IMG/VR virus record: IMGVR_UViG_2700989413_000006
Coordinates: 1 to 64,000 of that record
Source: a virus
Taxonomy: Duplodnaviria; Heunggongvirae; Uroviricota; Caudoviricetes
Length of the DNA stretch: 64,000 bases
Direction: 5' to 3' (one strand)
This document shows, in pieces, positions 37,843-46,369 of the stretch; position 1 is the first letter of the stretch, and each line of letters begins with the position of its first letter. The notes beneath the pieces were generated by a model, which saw only the letters and a program-made list of their open reading frames with translations, did no database searches and was not told where the DNA came from. The translations under genes were made by a program, and so were the position numbers.

Positions 37843-38730
37843 TTAAACTGGAATATCGAGGTCTAATAACGCTTCTAAATCAGTGTTAAGGTTGATCGGG
37901 GCATGCTCAACCGTTTGAGGTTGTGCAGGCTGAGTAACTTCGGTATACGAAATTTCCTCTGCGGTCTGTTGATATGCAGGTTGCGCAGCGCCGCCAGCAG
38001 CTAAGCCAATTGCAGCAGGTGCAGTACGAGGCGTATCGTTGCTTTGAGCGGGCGGTAACAAACCTACAACTTGTTGAACGTGTCCTAACGAGCGTTGTAA
38101 ACGTTCGTCATTTTCTTGAGAAACATATTCATCAAGATTGTTAAGTTTTTCGTAAACTTGTGGAGGAACTGGTTTGGTTTCGGCATCTGGTAAAACAGTG
38201 TATTTGGTGTTCATACCTGAGCCGTTTCGGTTAATCACAATGACTTGTGAACCGTTAGGATCAAATAAACGCGCACCCCATTTAGCCAATACATCAAAGA
38301 TTGCGCTAAATACTGTTTTAGGCACTTCTAAGATTTGCGGATCGTTTGGACGGTCAGAATCTAAAGCCAAAACGTTCATTAAATAAGTTTGGCGTGAACC
38401 ACACTCTTTTAATGCTTCGACTTGAGCTTCTGTTGTAGCTATGTTAGCAGCTTGTTTTAAAGCGCCACAGATCGGGCAATCCTTGCCAAATGTCTTATCT
38501 AAACAAACATAAGTAGACTGTAGATCACCGTTTGCATCTTTAATAAAGTGCATACCGAAATCGTGGAACCACACGTCTTGCTTACCTTGCTTCCAACCCC
38601 ACCCCGGAAGTAATACATAACGATTCGACCCATCTTTAGGTTTGAGAGTTTTCTCACGCGAGCGAATAGCGTTTTGCTTATTTGCTGCGGTTTCCATTAA
38701 TTTAGCTGGGTCTAAAACGAATTGAGTCAT
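37843..38730 (-). CDS. gp32-like single-strand DNA-binding protein with an acidic C-terminal tail
   Basis: LLPGWGW...FHDFGMHF...CPICG zinc-binding pattern and a C-terminal DLEALLDLDIPV tail. AAGGAA SD. Confidence 0.65.
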   Translation of the reverse strand: MTQFVLDPAKLMETAANKQNAIRSREKTLKPKDGSNRYVLLPGWGWKQGKQDVWFHDFGMHFIKDANGDLQSTYVCLDKTFGKDCPICGALKQAANIATTEAQVEALKECGSRQTYLMNVLALDSDRPNDPQILEVPKTVFSAIFDVLAKWGARLFDPNGSQVIVINRNGSGMNTKYTVLPDAETKPVPPQVYEKLNNLDEYVSQENDERLQRSLGHVQQVVGLLPPAQSNDTPRTAPAAIGLAAGGAAQPAYQQTAEEISYTEVTQPAQPQTVEHAPINLNTDLEALLDLDIPV

Positions 38731-38846
38731 GTTACAATTTCCTTGAGTAGCTTTGCGTTGATTGCTTTGTTGCTTTGAGACTTGTTAAAACTTGCGAATC
38801 GCTTCATTTCGACGTGCTGCGATTCGCTTGTTTTAACGGTTGATAG

Positions 38847-38867
38847 TATAGTCAGTACTGACTGATC
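38847..38867. promoter_or_regulatory. Dyad motif TATAGTCAGTACTGACTGATC (perfect)
   Basis: Intergenic. Confidence 0.6.
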
Positions 38868-38880
38868 TTTTCAATAAGAA

Positions 38881-39987
38881 TTATTGGGTATATGTACGAT
38901 TTAATGAGCGAGCAGCGTTTTCAACCGCGGCCATCGAATCGTCATTATGATTATCTTGATTTAATATCCGCATCTGACCTTGTAGCTCGGCGCGCAAACT
39001 AGATCCGCGTTGAATTAACATGTCACGACGATGTACAAGCGCAAACACATTTCCCTTATGGATGTTGGCGTATTGCGTTGCCGTAGCATGTACGTCATAA
39101 GCCAGTTCCCATGTTGGGTCTCTGCGAATATAAGCGTCAATGAGACGTTCAGTAGGCTTTTCACCTGCTTTAATAAGTGATTTACGGTACACCTGAAACA
39201 ACGTAGCTTCTACATGTTCGAGCTGTCGCTTCGCCAGTGCTTGCTGATGATCTGCGAGAGCTTGTTGAGCTGACCAGTAAGCCATTAATGAAGGTTGAGC
39301 TGTCATACATTGGTCAATTGTGACATCGGAAATCGCTGTTTCTATCTGAAATGCGTGTACATCCGGCTTGTATTTCAGGTTTTCTAATGTGATACCTAAT
39401 TTTCCGACATATCCCGTTGCTCGCTTTTGTTGAGCCATTGCTGATGTTTGTTGCGCAGGGCTTGGAGCAGCTTGCTCAGCAATAGGTTGAGGATTTTTAG
39501 GAGCAGTTGCGATAGGTGGTACGACGCTAGTATTAGCAGGAGCGGCGGATGGAGTAGAAGCGGTCGTAGCAAATATTTGATCAACAACTTTTTGATCTGC
39601 ATCATTGTCCACCCTTTCTGGAACTGGCGGTTGTAACGTGGTCTGCTGTTGTGGTGGGGGTGTTTGAGTCTCTGGTTCTAATTCAACTTTTCCTTCAGCG
39701 TGTTTAAGCATTCCACCAACATTAAAATTGGCGAACATAGCTTGAGGTGTTGATGCAACAGGGGTTGGCTCAGGAGTAATAACTTGCTGCACTGGCGGCT
39801 CAGGTACCGCTTGAGGCTGTGGAGAAGGTGCGGTCACTGTTTGTTGAACTACTTGAGGCTGTGGTTCTGCTGCTGGTGCAGAAGGTTGCTCAGCTGGCGT
39901 AGAATGCATTTCGCCAAGCATGTCTAATTCTTCAAATAGTTTGTCTAAGTCCTGTTCTGTTGCGAAATCTTGTGTTTGAGTTGTCAT
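38881..39987 (-). CDS. Hypothetical protein with a P/Q-rich low-complexity N-terminal half and a globular C-terminus (replisome accessory?)
   Basis: 368 aa, located between the DnaE and SSB genes. Confidence 0.4.
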   Translation of the reverse strand: MTTQTQDFATEQDLDKLFEELDMLGEMHSTPAEQPSAPAAEPQPQVVQQTVTAPSPQPQAVPEPPVQQVITPEPTPVASTPQAMFANFNVGGMLKHAEGKVELEPETQTPPPQQQTTLQPPVPERVDNDADQKVVDQIFATTASTPSAAPANTSVVPPIATAPKNPQPIAEQAAPSPAQQTSAMAQQKRATGYVGKLGITLENLKYKPDVHAFQIETAISDVTIDQCMTAQPSLMAYWSAQQALADHQQALAKRQLEHVEATLFQVYRKSLIKAGEKPTERLIDAYIRRDPTWELAYDVHATATQYANIHKGNVFALVHRRDMLIQRGSSLRAELQGQMRILNQDNHNDDSMAAVENAARSLNRTYTQ

Positions 39988-40037
39988 AAATACCTCTGCG
40001 TTAAAAATAAGGTGTCACTATAAAATTATTAAACGAA

Positions 40038-40066
40038 AAGTCAATCAGTAGTGACTGACTTTTCAG
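40038..40066. promoter_or_regulatory. Dyad motif variant (AGTCAATCAGTAGTGACTGACT)
   Basis: Intergenic between dnaE and the downstream gene. Confidence 0.45.
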
Positions 40067-40071
40067 ATAAA

Positions 40072-43000
40072 TCAACTTAATACTTCAGCCACTTTTTCAA
40101 AGGCTAAAGTAAGGTCTGGTAATTTTGAAGGGTCAAACGGTAATTGAGCTGGACTAATCCCGCATACGATTGTTGCATCAAGCGTTGGGTCATAAACCGC
40201 TGTAGCATTCAGTTCTGATATTCCACCTTTAACCGACGGTAAGAACTTTTTGGCCACCGAAGATCCTAGCGCAACAATAATGCTCGGTTTTACGAGTTTT
40301 ATCTCTTCTTCCAAGTACTTACTACAGTTGTTAATCTGCGAGTTAGTAAGAAACTTATCTGATTTACGCGCTTTCACCATAGTTGTGTAATAACCATCAC
40401 TAGGATTTAAGCCAGCGTCTTTAATTGCCTGTTTAAGATAAGTTGAGACATCACCGACCATAAGTTTGTCTTGTTTGTCCTCATCGACGTTAGGACAATC
40501 TGTGACAACCATAAACTTAACTTTGTTACCACAGCGCATAGTAGGGTGCTTTTTACCTTTCAAATCACAAGCGTCACACTGTTTGTATTCTTGAGCCACC
40601 ATAATGATGCGACTCTTTAAATGCTGCTCGGTTAGATCAGCAACACGGTCAGCTTTTACAGTATCAATGATAATGCCGGGCAATAAGTCCATTTGAGCCT
40701 TGCGACGGTCGACGTGTCGTGCAGGTAATTGAGTAGGCTCAACACTCGCTAAAGCGCCAATTGCATTAAGCGATTCAACCACTTTGCTGTTTACCTTTGT
40801 TTTAGGCTGTGCTGCTGCTTCTTGGAACTCAAAGAGACTATCAAAACGTTTTTTAATTGGCGCATCGTCGTCATAGCCCCAAACGGGTGTTTTGTCGCGT
40901 TTATACTTAACAATCTTCAAGTCACGATGCTTTTCGCGTAATTTCACAATAGCGCGCGCCGTTGTCTCTGACACACCCTTTACAGCGTTAAAAGGTGCAA
41001 GAATGTTGTGATTGTCTAAAATGGTGTAACGATCAGAAGATAAGTTAATATCGGGCGGCAATACTTCGATACCGCATTCGCGCGCATCCTTTACCAACCC
41101 CTTCAATTTGTCTACGATTGATAAAGAGGCTGCGAAATACTCAGCAGGGTAGTGGACACGAACGTATGCACACCATACCGAGATAATCGAATAAGCCGTT
41201 GCGTGACTTTTGTTGAAACCATAGCCAGCAAAGGCTTCGATCTTGTCAAAGATGCGACCGGCTTCTCCTGGTTCTACTCCTGATTTAGCAACGGCGCCAT
41301 CAATGAACTTTTGACGCATTTTAGCCATTTCATCTACATTCTTTTTACCCATTGCTTTACGGAGTTTATCCGCTTCAGCATTTGTAAAACCTGCAAAATC
41401 CACAGAGACTTTCATTACCTGTTCTTGATAGATTATGACGCCTAGCGTGTCTTTGAGTGCTTCAACCATATTAGGATGATCGTAACTTACTGAACGCATA
41501 CCCTGACGCGTAGCAACATAATCATCTAAAAGTCCTGAATCCATCGGACCCGGACGATACAACGCGGTTGCAGCTGAAATATCATCAAAGGTCATTGAAC
41601 CGCCTTTCGCAATATCTTTAAGCAGCTGCTTCATGCCTCCTGATTCAAACTGGAACACGCCCGTAGTATTACCGTTTGCGAAAGCTTGCAATGTTTTTGG
41701 GTCATCTAATGGAATTTCTAAGTAATTTAGATAAATACCATGACGTTCTTTAATATAATCACGGGCGATATTCAGCGTATCTAAAGTGGACAAACCGAGT
41801 AAGTCCATTTTGACCAAACCGCAATCTTCTACAACGCGTTTATCCCAATTGACCACAGTGTCTTCAGATCTTCGCTCTAATACAGCGCGATTCACAATCG
41901 GCTCACCTGCAACAACAATACCGGCAGCGTGTTGGCCAAATGACTTCATTGTGCCTGCAAGTTTGACCGCGTGCTTCCAGATCTCAGGATGTGCTTTTTT
42001 AAATTTCTCTAATTCAGGAACCGCTTTAGCTGACTCTTCCAAAGACATTGTTTGGCCATGATCTTTGAGTACGAATTTTGAAGCTGTGAGTTCAAGAGGT
42101 GTTAAACCACTTAGACGACCAACATCACGTAGCGCTGACGCAGAGGCTAAGGTCGAATAGTTGGAAATACCCGCTACGTAGTCTTTACCGTATTTATCAA
42201 TCAAATACTCAACGACCTTATGACGACGTGAAGAGGCAAAGTCCAAGTCAGCATCGGGTAAGTCTAAACGTTCAGGGTTAATAAAACGCTCAAAGATCAA
42301 ACCGAATCGAATTGGATCGACGTCGGCAATACCGATTAGATACGCAACAAGTGAACCATTAACCGAACCACGTCCCGGACCTACAATCACACCATTGTTT
42401 TTCGCCCATGTAACAAGGTCTTCAACCATAAGGAAGTAAGATTCAAAACCCATGTTTTTAAGCGTTTTTAACTCATAGCCTAAGCGTTCTTTGTAAACGG
42501 TATCGAGTAAATTTTTAGGTGGCAAATAGCCTAAGACGGGCTTGCTAAAACGTTTTTTCCAACCCTCAACGCATAACTCGCACAACTTCTTAAACTCATC
42601 ATTAGCGAGTTTAGGCAATGAAACTGGTTGTTTTTCAAACTTGTACTGGCACTTTTGCACTACTTCTTCGCAGTTCTTAATGCCATTTGTCCAAATTGCA
42701 GTTACCGATTTAGGGTCAAGTACAGTGCGATTAAACTTAATTCCGCGTGCAATAGCAGCTTTAGTGCGGTCTATGATTGCGCTAGGCTCTACAAATGCAA
42801 ATTCCTTAACATACTGACGACTGCGAAAAGGTGCATCTAACTGCGTGTTACTCGCAATGGCACTCATCACATCCATCGTACTAGCGTCTGCATTATCTAA
42901 GTAGCGGAAAGGGTAGGTGACAAGTGGCTTGCAGCCCAATGAGCCAACCAGCTCGATTGCGCGCTTATTCATTTTGTCGAAAAGGGGAGTGTTTATAGGG

Positions 43001-43521
43001 CAAAGTTCCGCATAGAAATCTTCACCAAAACGCGCTTTGAGTTGACGAGCTATATTTTCATAGTCTGGATGACTACACATACCGAACATATCGCCTGTAG
43101 ATATGATGACGTCTTCTAACTCAAGCAAGTCTTTTAAACACGAGCGTGGATTGTAATAAAAGCGCTCTGGAGTATTTGCTTCGGTCAATAGCCTAAGCAG
43201 CCCTTTGAATCCAACCTCAGTCTTCGCGTAAACCTTACAGATAAACGACAGATTTTCTTTAGGAATCTCTTGAGATTGTTTTGTAGGTCGACGGTAGGTA
43301 GGGTCGTCATAAACACGTACACGCACGCCAGCAATTGGTTTTATGCCTTCTTTCTCAGCTTTGTAAGTGAACTGAATTAACGCATGCACGCTCATATCAT
43401 CCACTAAAGCCACCGATTGATAACCCAACTCCTTCGCTTTCTCAATGATATGATCAACTTGAAGCATTGACTGACCAATCGAGAAGTCCGACTGTACGGA
43501 AAGGGCATGATTAATATTCAT
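40072..43521 (-). CDS. dnaE: DNA polymerase III alpha subunit (DnaE-type, PHP + polymerase core + OB)
   Basis: 1149 aa; N-terminal PHP domain, palm/fingers GxxxxDLLG region, and a normal overall length, so no intein. AAGGA SD. Confidence 0.9.
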   Translation of the reverse strand: MNINHALSVQSDFSIGQSMLQVDHIIEKAKELGYQSVALVDDMSVHALIQFTYKAEKEGIKPIAGVRVRVYDDPTYRRPTKQSQEIPKENLSFICKVYAKTEVGFKGLLRLLTEANTPERFYYNPRSCLKDLLELEDVIISTGDMFGMCSHPDYENIARQLKARFGEDFYAELCPINTPLFDKMNKRAIELVGSLGCKPLVTYPFRYLDNADASTMDVMSAIASNTQLDAPFRSRQYVKEFAFVEPSAIIDRTKAAIARGIKFNRTVLDPKSVTAIWTNGIKNCEEVVQKCQYKFEKQPVSLPKLANDEFKKLCELCVEGWKKRFSKPVLGYLPPKNLLDTVYKERLGYELKTLKNMGFESYFLMVEDLVTWAKNNGVIVGPGRGSVNGSLVAYLIGIADVDPIRFGLIFERFINPERLDLPDADLDFASSRRHKVVEYLIDKYGKDYVAGISNYSTLASASALRDVGRLSGLTPLELTASKFVLKDHGQTMSLEESAKAVPELEKFKKAHPEIWKHAVKLAGTMKSFGQHAAGIVVAGEPIVNRAVLERRSEDTVVNWDKRVVEDCGLVKMDLLGLSTLDTLNIARDYIKERHGIYLNYLEIPLDDPKTLQAFANGNTTGVFQFESGGMKQLLKDIAKGGSMTFDDISAATALYRPGPMDSGLLDDYVATRQGMRSVSYDHPNMVEALKDTLGVIIYQEQVMKVSVDFAGFTNAEADKLRKAMGKKNVDEMAKMRQKFIDGAVAKSGVEPGEAGRIFDKIEAFAGYGFNKSHATAYSIISVWCAYVRVHYPAEYFAASLSIVDKLKGLVKDARECGIEVLPPDINLSSDRYTILDNHNILAPFNAVKGVSETTARAIVKLREKHRDLKIVKYKRDKTPVWGYDDDAPIKKRFDSLFEFQEAAAQPKTKVNSKVVESLNAIGALASVEPTQLPARHVDRRKAQMDLLPGIIIDTVKADRVADLTEQHLKSRIIMVAQEYKQCDACDLKGKKHPTMRCGNKVKFMVVTDCPNVDEDKQDKLMVGDVSTYLKQAIKDAGLNPSDGYYTTMVKARKSDKFLTNSQINNCSKYLEEEIKLVKPSIIVALGSSVAKKFLPSVKGGISELNATAVYDPTLDATIVCGISPAQLPFDPSKLPDLTLAFEKVAEVLS

Positions 43522-43552
43522 TACATTCCTTTAGCAATTTAATAAGTAAAAA

Positions 43553-44242
43553 TTAATTAGATTCAAATAACTTAGGATTAGCTATGAGTTTTGACTCAGA
43601 CTCAACGGCGATTTCAAATGCCTGAAAAATCTTGAAAGCTAATGATGTGTGACTGCCAGCTGTACCATCTGACCACTCAAGACGGCTCATATACTCGCTC
43701 TTCAATTGTGCGCGTGTTACACCGCCCTTAATTAACATTTCAATAAGGATTGCAAGCCACTTTGGGCCAGTCTTTTCAAGTGGATTAACACCAGCTGTAA
43801 GGTCTTTCTTGATACGGTCGACTAAACCAGTCTTACAAAGCTGTACCGCAAACGACTGTGCTTTCACTGGAAGCTCTGCGATTAGAGTGTTTTGATCGTC
43901 TGTTAATTTAAATTCGACCTTCTCAACCTTAGTTTTGCGCGGCACTTTCATTTCAGGCATAGGCATTTCTTTGCGTTCAGCTGCTTTTTCAGCCATTTCT
44001 TGCTTCATACGCTCTTCAATGCGCGCTCTCGCTTCTTTCTTGGCCTTTTCGTGTTTTTTCAAATAGTCCTCAACGTTAATTACGCCCTTAATGCGATTTA
44101 ACGTCTCTGTTACCGCTGGAATACATTGTTCAAATGCTGGACACTCTTTGCATACCGCACTTTCATGAGAAAAACATGAGACGGCACCAAAACAAGCGGG
44201 CGCATTCAATGCAGCTTTTTTATGTTCATTTTCGTGTGTCAT
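43553..44242 (-). CDS. Hypothetical protein with an N-terminal four-Cys cluster
   Basis: 229 aa. Confidence 0.4.
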   Translation of the reverse strand: MTHENEHKKAALNAPACFGAVSCFSHESAVCKECPAFEQCIPAVTETLNRIKGVINVEDYLKKHEKAKKEARARIEERMKQEMAEKAAERKEMPMPEMKVPRKTKVEKVEFKLTDDQNTLIAELPVKAQSFAVQLCKTGLVDRIKKDLTAGVNPLEKTGPKWLAILIEMLIKGGVTRAQLKSEYMSRLEWSDGTAGSHTSLAFKIFQAFEIAVESESKLIANPKLFESN

Positions 44243-44317
44243 TAATTCGCTCTCTTTTGCGCATACAGCGCTTTAAACCGTTTAACTGATGTTTGTTAGC
44301 TGACTAACTTAAAAGCG

Positions 44318-45016
44318 TCACATAAGCTCATTGCTAAGCAATTTGCGGATCTCTTTTGCTGCTTCGTCGATTAGCACCAACTCCTTATTGTTTCTTGCTG
44401 TGCGTTTAACACAGCGCACAATAAATGCGAGATTGAGAGGCTTTACCATCGCTTTGTAGTGGGAGCTGTGAAATTGAAGCGCAAACTCTCTTTTGGCATA
44501 TTGAGCCTCATACTCGCGCTCAAATTCTTGGTCTGGATGAATAACCTGTTTAAGCAGCGCTACGGCCAAAGGACTTAATTGCTTTTGCACGTAGCTAAGA
44601 AGGTTGGATAGATCCACTTGTTCTAATGAGTTTTCCTGCTCTACGTCCAAAAAGACTTCGGCATCTACCGGCTCGCTTTCGTGATGATTCGCAAGGTCAA
44701 AGAAAGAGACTGTATTAATCGAACGGTCGCCAACAGCATTTTCGATAATGCGATTAATACGGTTATATGCCGACTTTACGAAGTAGGTCGAGAAACGAAA
44801 ATTTTGTTTCTCATCAAAGCCTTTGATCGTTTTCACGAAAACTTCAAAAAGTAGGTTGTGAATGTCTTCGCCGTCTTGAAGTTCGATCGGAACCTGCATC
44901 CCTGCGCTTTGCATATTGGCAACACGTTTTAAAATGTTGCTTGTTACTTTGTTGATTAAGCCAACATGCTCTTTGTAGAGTTCGTTTACTGATTTATTCA
45001 TGCCGCTATCTCCCAA
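44318..45016 (-). CDS. Divergent sigma-70-family sigma factor (putative)
   Basis: Region-2-like DGEDIHNLLFEVFVK..KGFDEKQNFRFSTYFVKSAYNRINRII (compare D.IQEG.IGL.KA..KFD...G.KFSTYA.WWIR.AI). Confidence 0.45.
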   Translation of the reverse strand: MGDSGMNKSVNELYKEHVGLINKVTSNILKRVANMQSAGMQVPIELQDGEDIHNLLFEVFVKTIKGFDEKQNFRFSTYFVKSAYNRINRIIENAVGDRSINTVSFFDLANHHESEPVDAEVFLDVEQENSLEQVDLSNLLSYVQKQLSPLAVALLKQVIHPDQEFEREYEAQYAKREFALQFHSSHYKAMVKPLNLAFIVRCVKRTARNNKELVLIDEAAKEIRKLLSNELM

Positions 45017-45030
45017 AGAAGTGTTCGGAA

Positions 45031-46230
45031 TTACCCGAACACTCGCTGCGCAATTCCCTTCACAATTTCGTAATCGCGGGAAGATTGTTTGTTGGCATAA
45101 GCTAAAGAGATACCCGTATTCATAGAGCCGCGCATCACACCTAATTTCGCCGCATAGATTAGAGAGCGCAAAGAAATCGTATCGCTAATTTCTTTATTGC
45201 TATAAGCAGCGCGCACCTTAGTTGCAAACTCAACTAGATTTTTCGCATCTATTGGGTCAATTTGTGTGTGACGTACAATGGCTTTTGCTTCATCTTCTTT
45301 AGACATGTAATGCTTTTCCATCACCATGCCAAAGCGGTCATAGTTCGCCGTGTTTTGAATGGTTGTTCCTGAATACAAACCTGTTTCATCACCCGTACCA
45401 TTGGTGTTACCCGTCGCACAGAAGCGGAAATTTGGATGAGGTTTGATAATGCGATTTTCAGGGTCAGCTTCTTTAATGTTGAGCGGCTTACCTTCCATAA
45501 CAGCTTGATAAACAGACAATACACTTGGCTGCGCAAAGTCATATTCGTCAGCAAGATATAACCAGCCATGCTTCATCGCTAACGCCAACGGCCCAAGTTG
45601 GAAAGTCATGTTTCCATCAACTACAGTCCACATGCCGACGATATGTGCTTCTTCTGTATTGGCGGTGTGCTGAATACGAACGACTGGTCGACCAGTTCTT
45701 GCAGCCACCTGATCAATAAGTTCTGTTTTACCAGTACCTTTGTGGCCCCAAACATAAAAAGGAATATTCAGTTCAAGCGCGATAAGGGTATTTTTCAACA
45801 CATCAATTTCAAAAACGTATGTGTTGTTAATTTCAGGCACCATGTCTGGTGATGATGAGTTCTCAATACAAGATACTGGGATTGGATCACCCTGTGCGTT
45901 TTTACCTTCTGGGCCAGAGATTTCAAAAATTTCATGTAAATTACGCGCAACTAAGGTGTCTTTAGCGACGAACGAACCCGGCTTTTGAATTACCGAACTT
46001 GGTTGAGCTGGCTGAGCTGCCGCTTGTTCTTGAGCCTTTTTCTTCTGCTCTTCCGCTTTCATTCTGATGCGCTCGATTAAAGCTGGCGATTGGGTCGGTG
46101 CATTAGGATAAGAAGATTTATAATTCTTAAAAGTCACCTTTGGGTGATCAGTATTAAGGTGATGAGGTATAGAATGCACTTGAGCTTTACAAATTTCGCA
46201 TGCGATTGTTTCATTTTGATTTACAGTCAT
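45031..46230 (-). CDS. CobS-like / MoxR-like AAA+ ATPase
   Basis: Walker A GHKGTGKTE and Walker B WLYLADEYD; the overall pattern matches phage CobS-like ATPases. Confidence 0.65.
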   Translation of the reverse strand: MTVNQNETIACEICKAQVHSIPHHLNTDHPKVTFKNYKSSYPNAPTQSPALIERIRMKAEEQKKKAQEQAAAQPAQPSSVIQKPGSFVAKDTLVARNLHEIFEISGPEGKNAQGDPIPVSCIENSSSPDMVPEINNTYVFEIDVLKNTLIALELNIPFYVWGHKGTGKTELIDQVAARTGRPVVRIQHTANTEEAHIVGMWTVVDGNMTFQLGPLALAMKHGWLYLADEYDFAQPSVLSVYQAVMEGKPLNIKEADPENRIIKPHPNFRFCATGNTNGTGDETGLYSGTTIQNTANYDRFGMVMEKHYMSKEDEAKAIVRHTQIDPIDAKNLVEFATKVRAAYSNKEISDTISLRSLIYAAKLGVMRGSMNTGISLAYANKQSSRDYEIVKGIAQRVFG

Positions 46231-46312
46231 TTTTTAAATCTCACAAAGATAGATTTTGACAAAACTTTGTCTTTTGAATATGCGTGAATGATACTAATAT
46301 CTTCTAGGAAAA

Positions 46313-46333
46313 GATAGTCAGTACTGACTGATT
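46313..46333. promoter_or_regulatory. Dyad motif GATAGTCAGTACTGACTGATT (perfect core)
   Basis: Intergenic between the CobT-like and CobS-like genes. Confidence 0.6.
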
Positions 46334-46369
46334 ATTTAAATAACCCCAACTGACTATCTTGCTCACGAA

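Noticed and set aside
38847-38867. The 20-bp palindrome acting as a rho-independent terminator
   Set aside because: On the minus (coding) strand the hairpin is not followed by a U-tract (for example ...GACTATACTATC). An 8-bp stem with a GUAC loop and no poly-U is a poor intrinsic terminator, so protein binding or RNA processing roles are preferred.
38881-39987. Beta-clamp-binding motif (QL[SD]LF-like QDLDKLF) at the N-terminus of the P/Q-rich protein, suggesting a clamp adaptor
   Set aside because: The match is a single weak pentapeptide in a low-complexity context. Reported only as a hypothetical replisome-associated protein.
40072-43521. Possible inteins in DnaE, NrdA (24511..26901) or DnaB (58927..60330), given that recA carries one
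   Set aside because: Their lengths (1149, 796 and 467 aa) are canonical, and the conserved motifs are colinear with no Cys/Ser...HN-delimited insertions.
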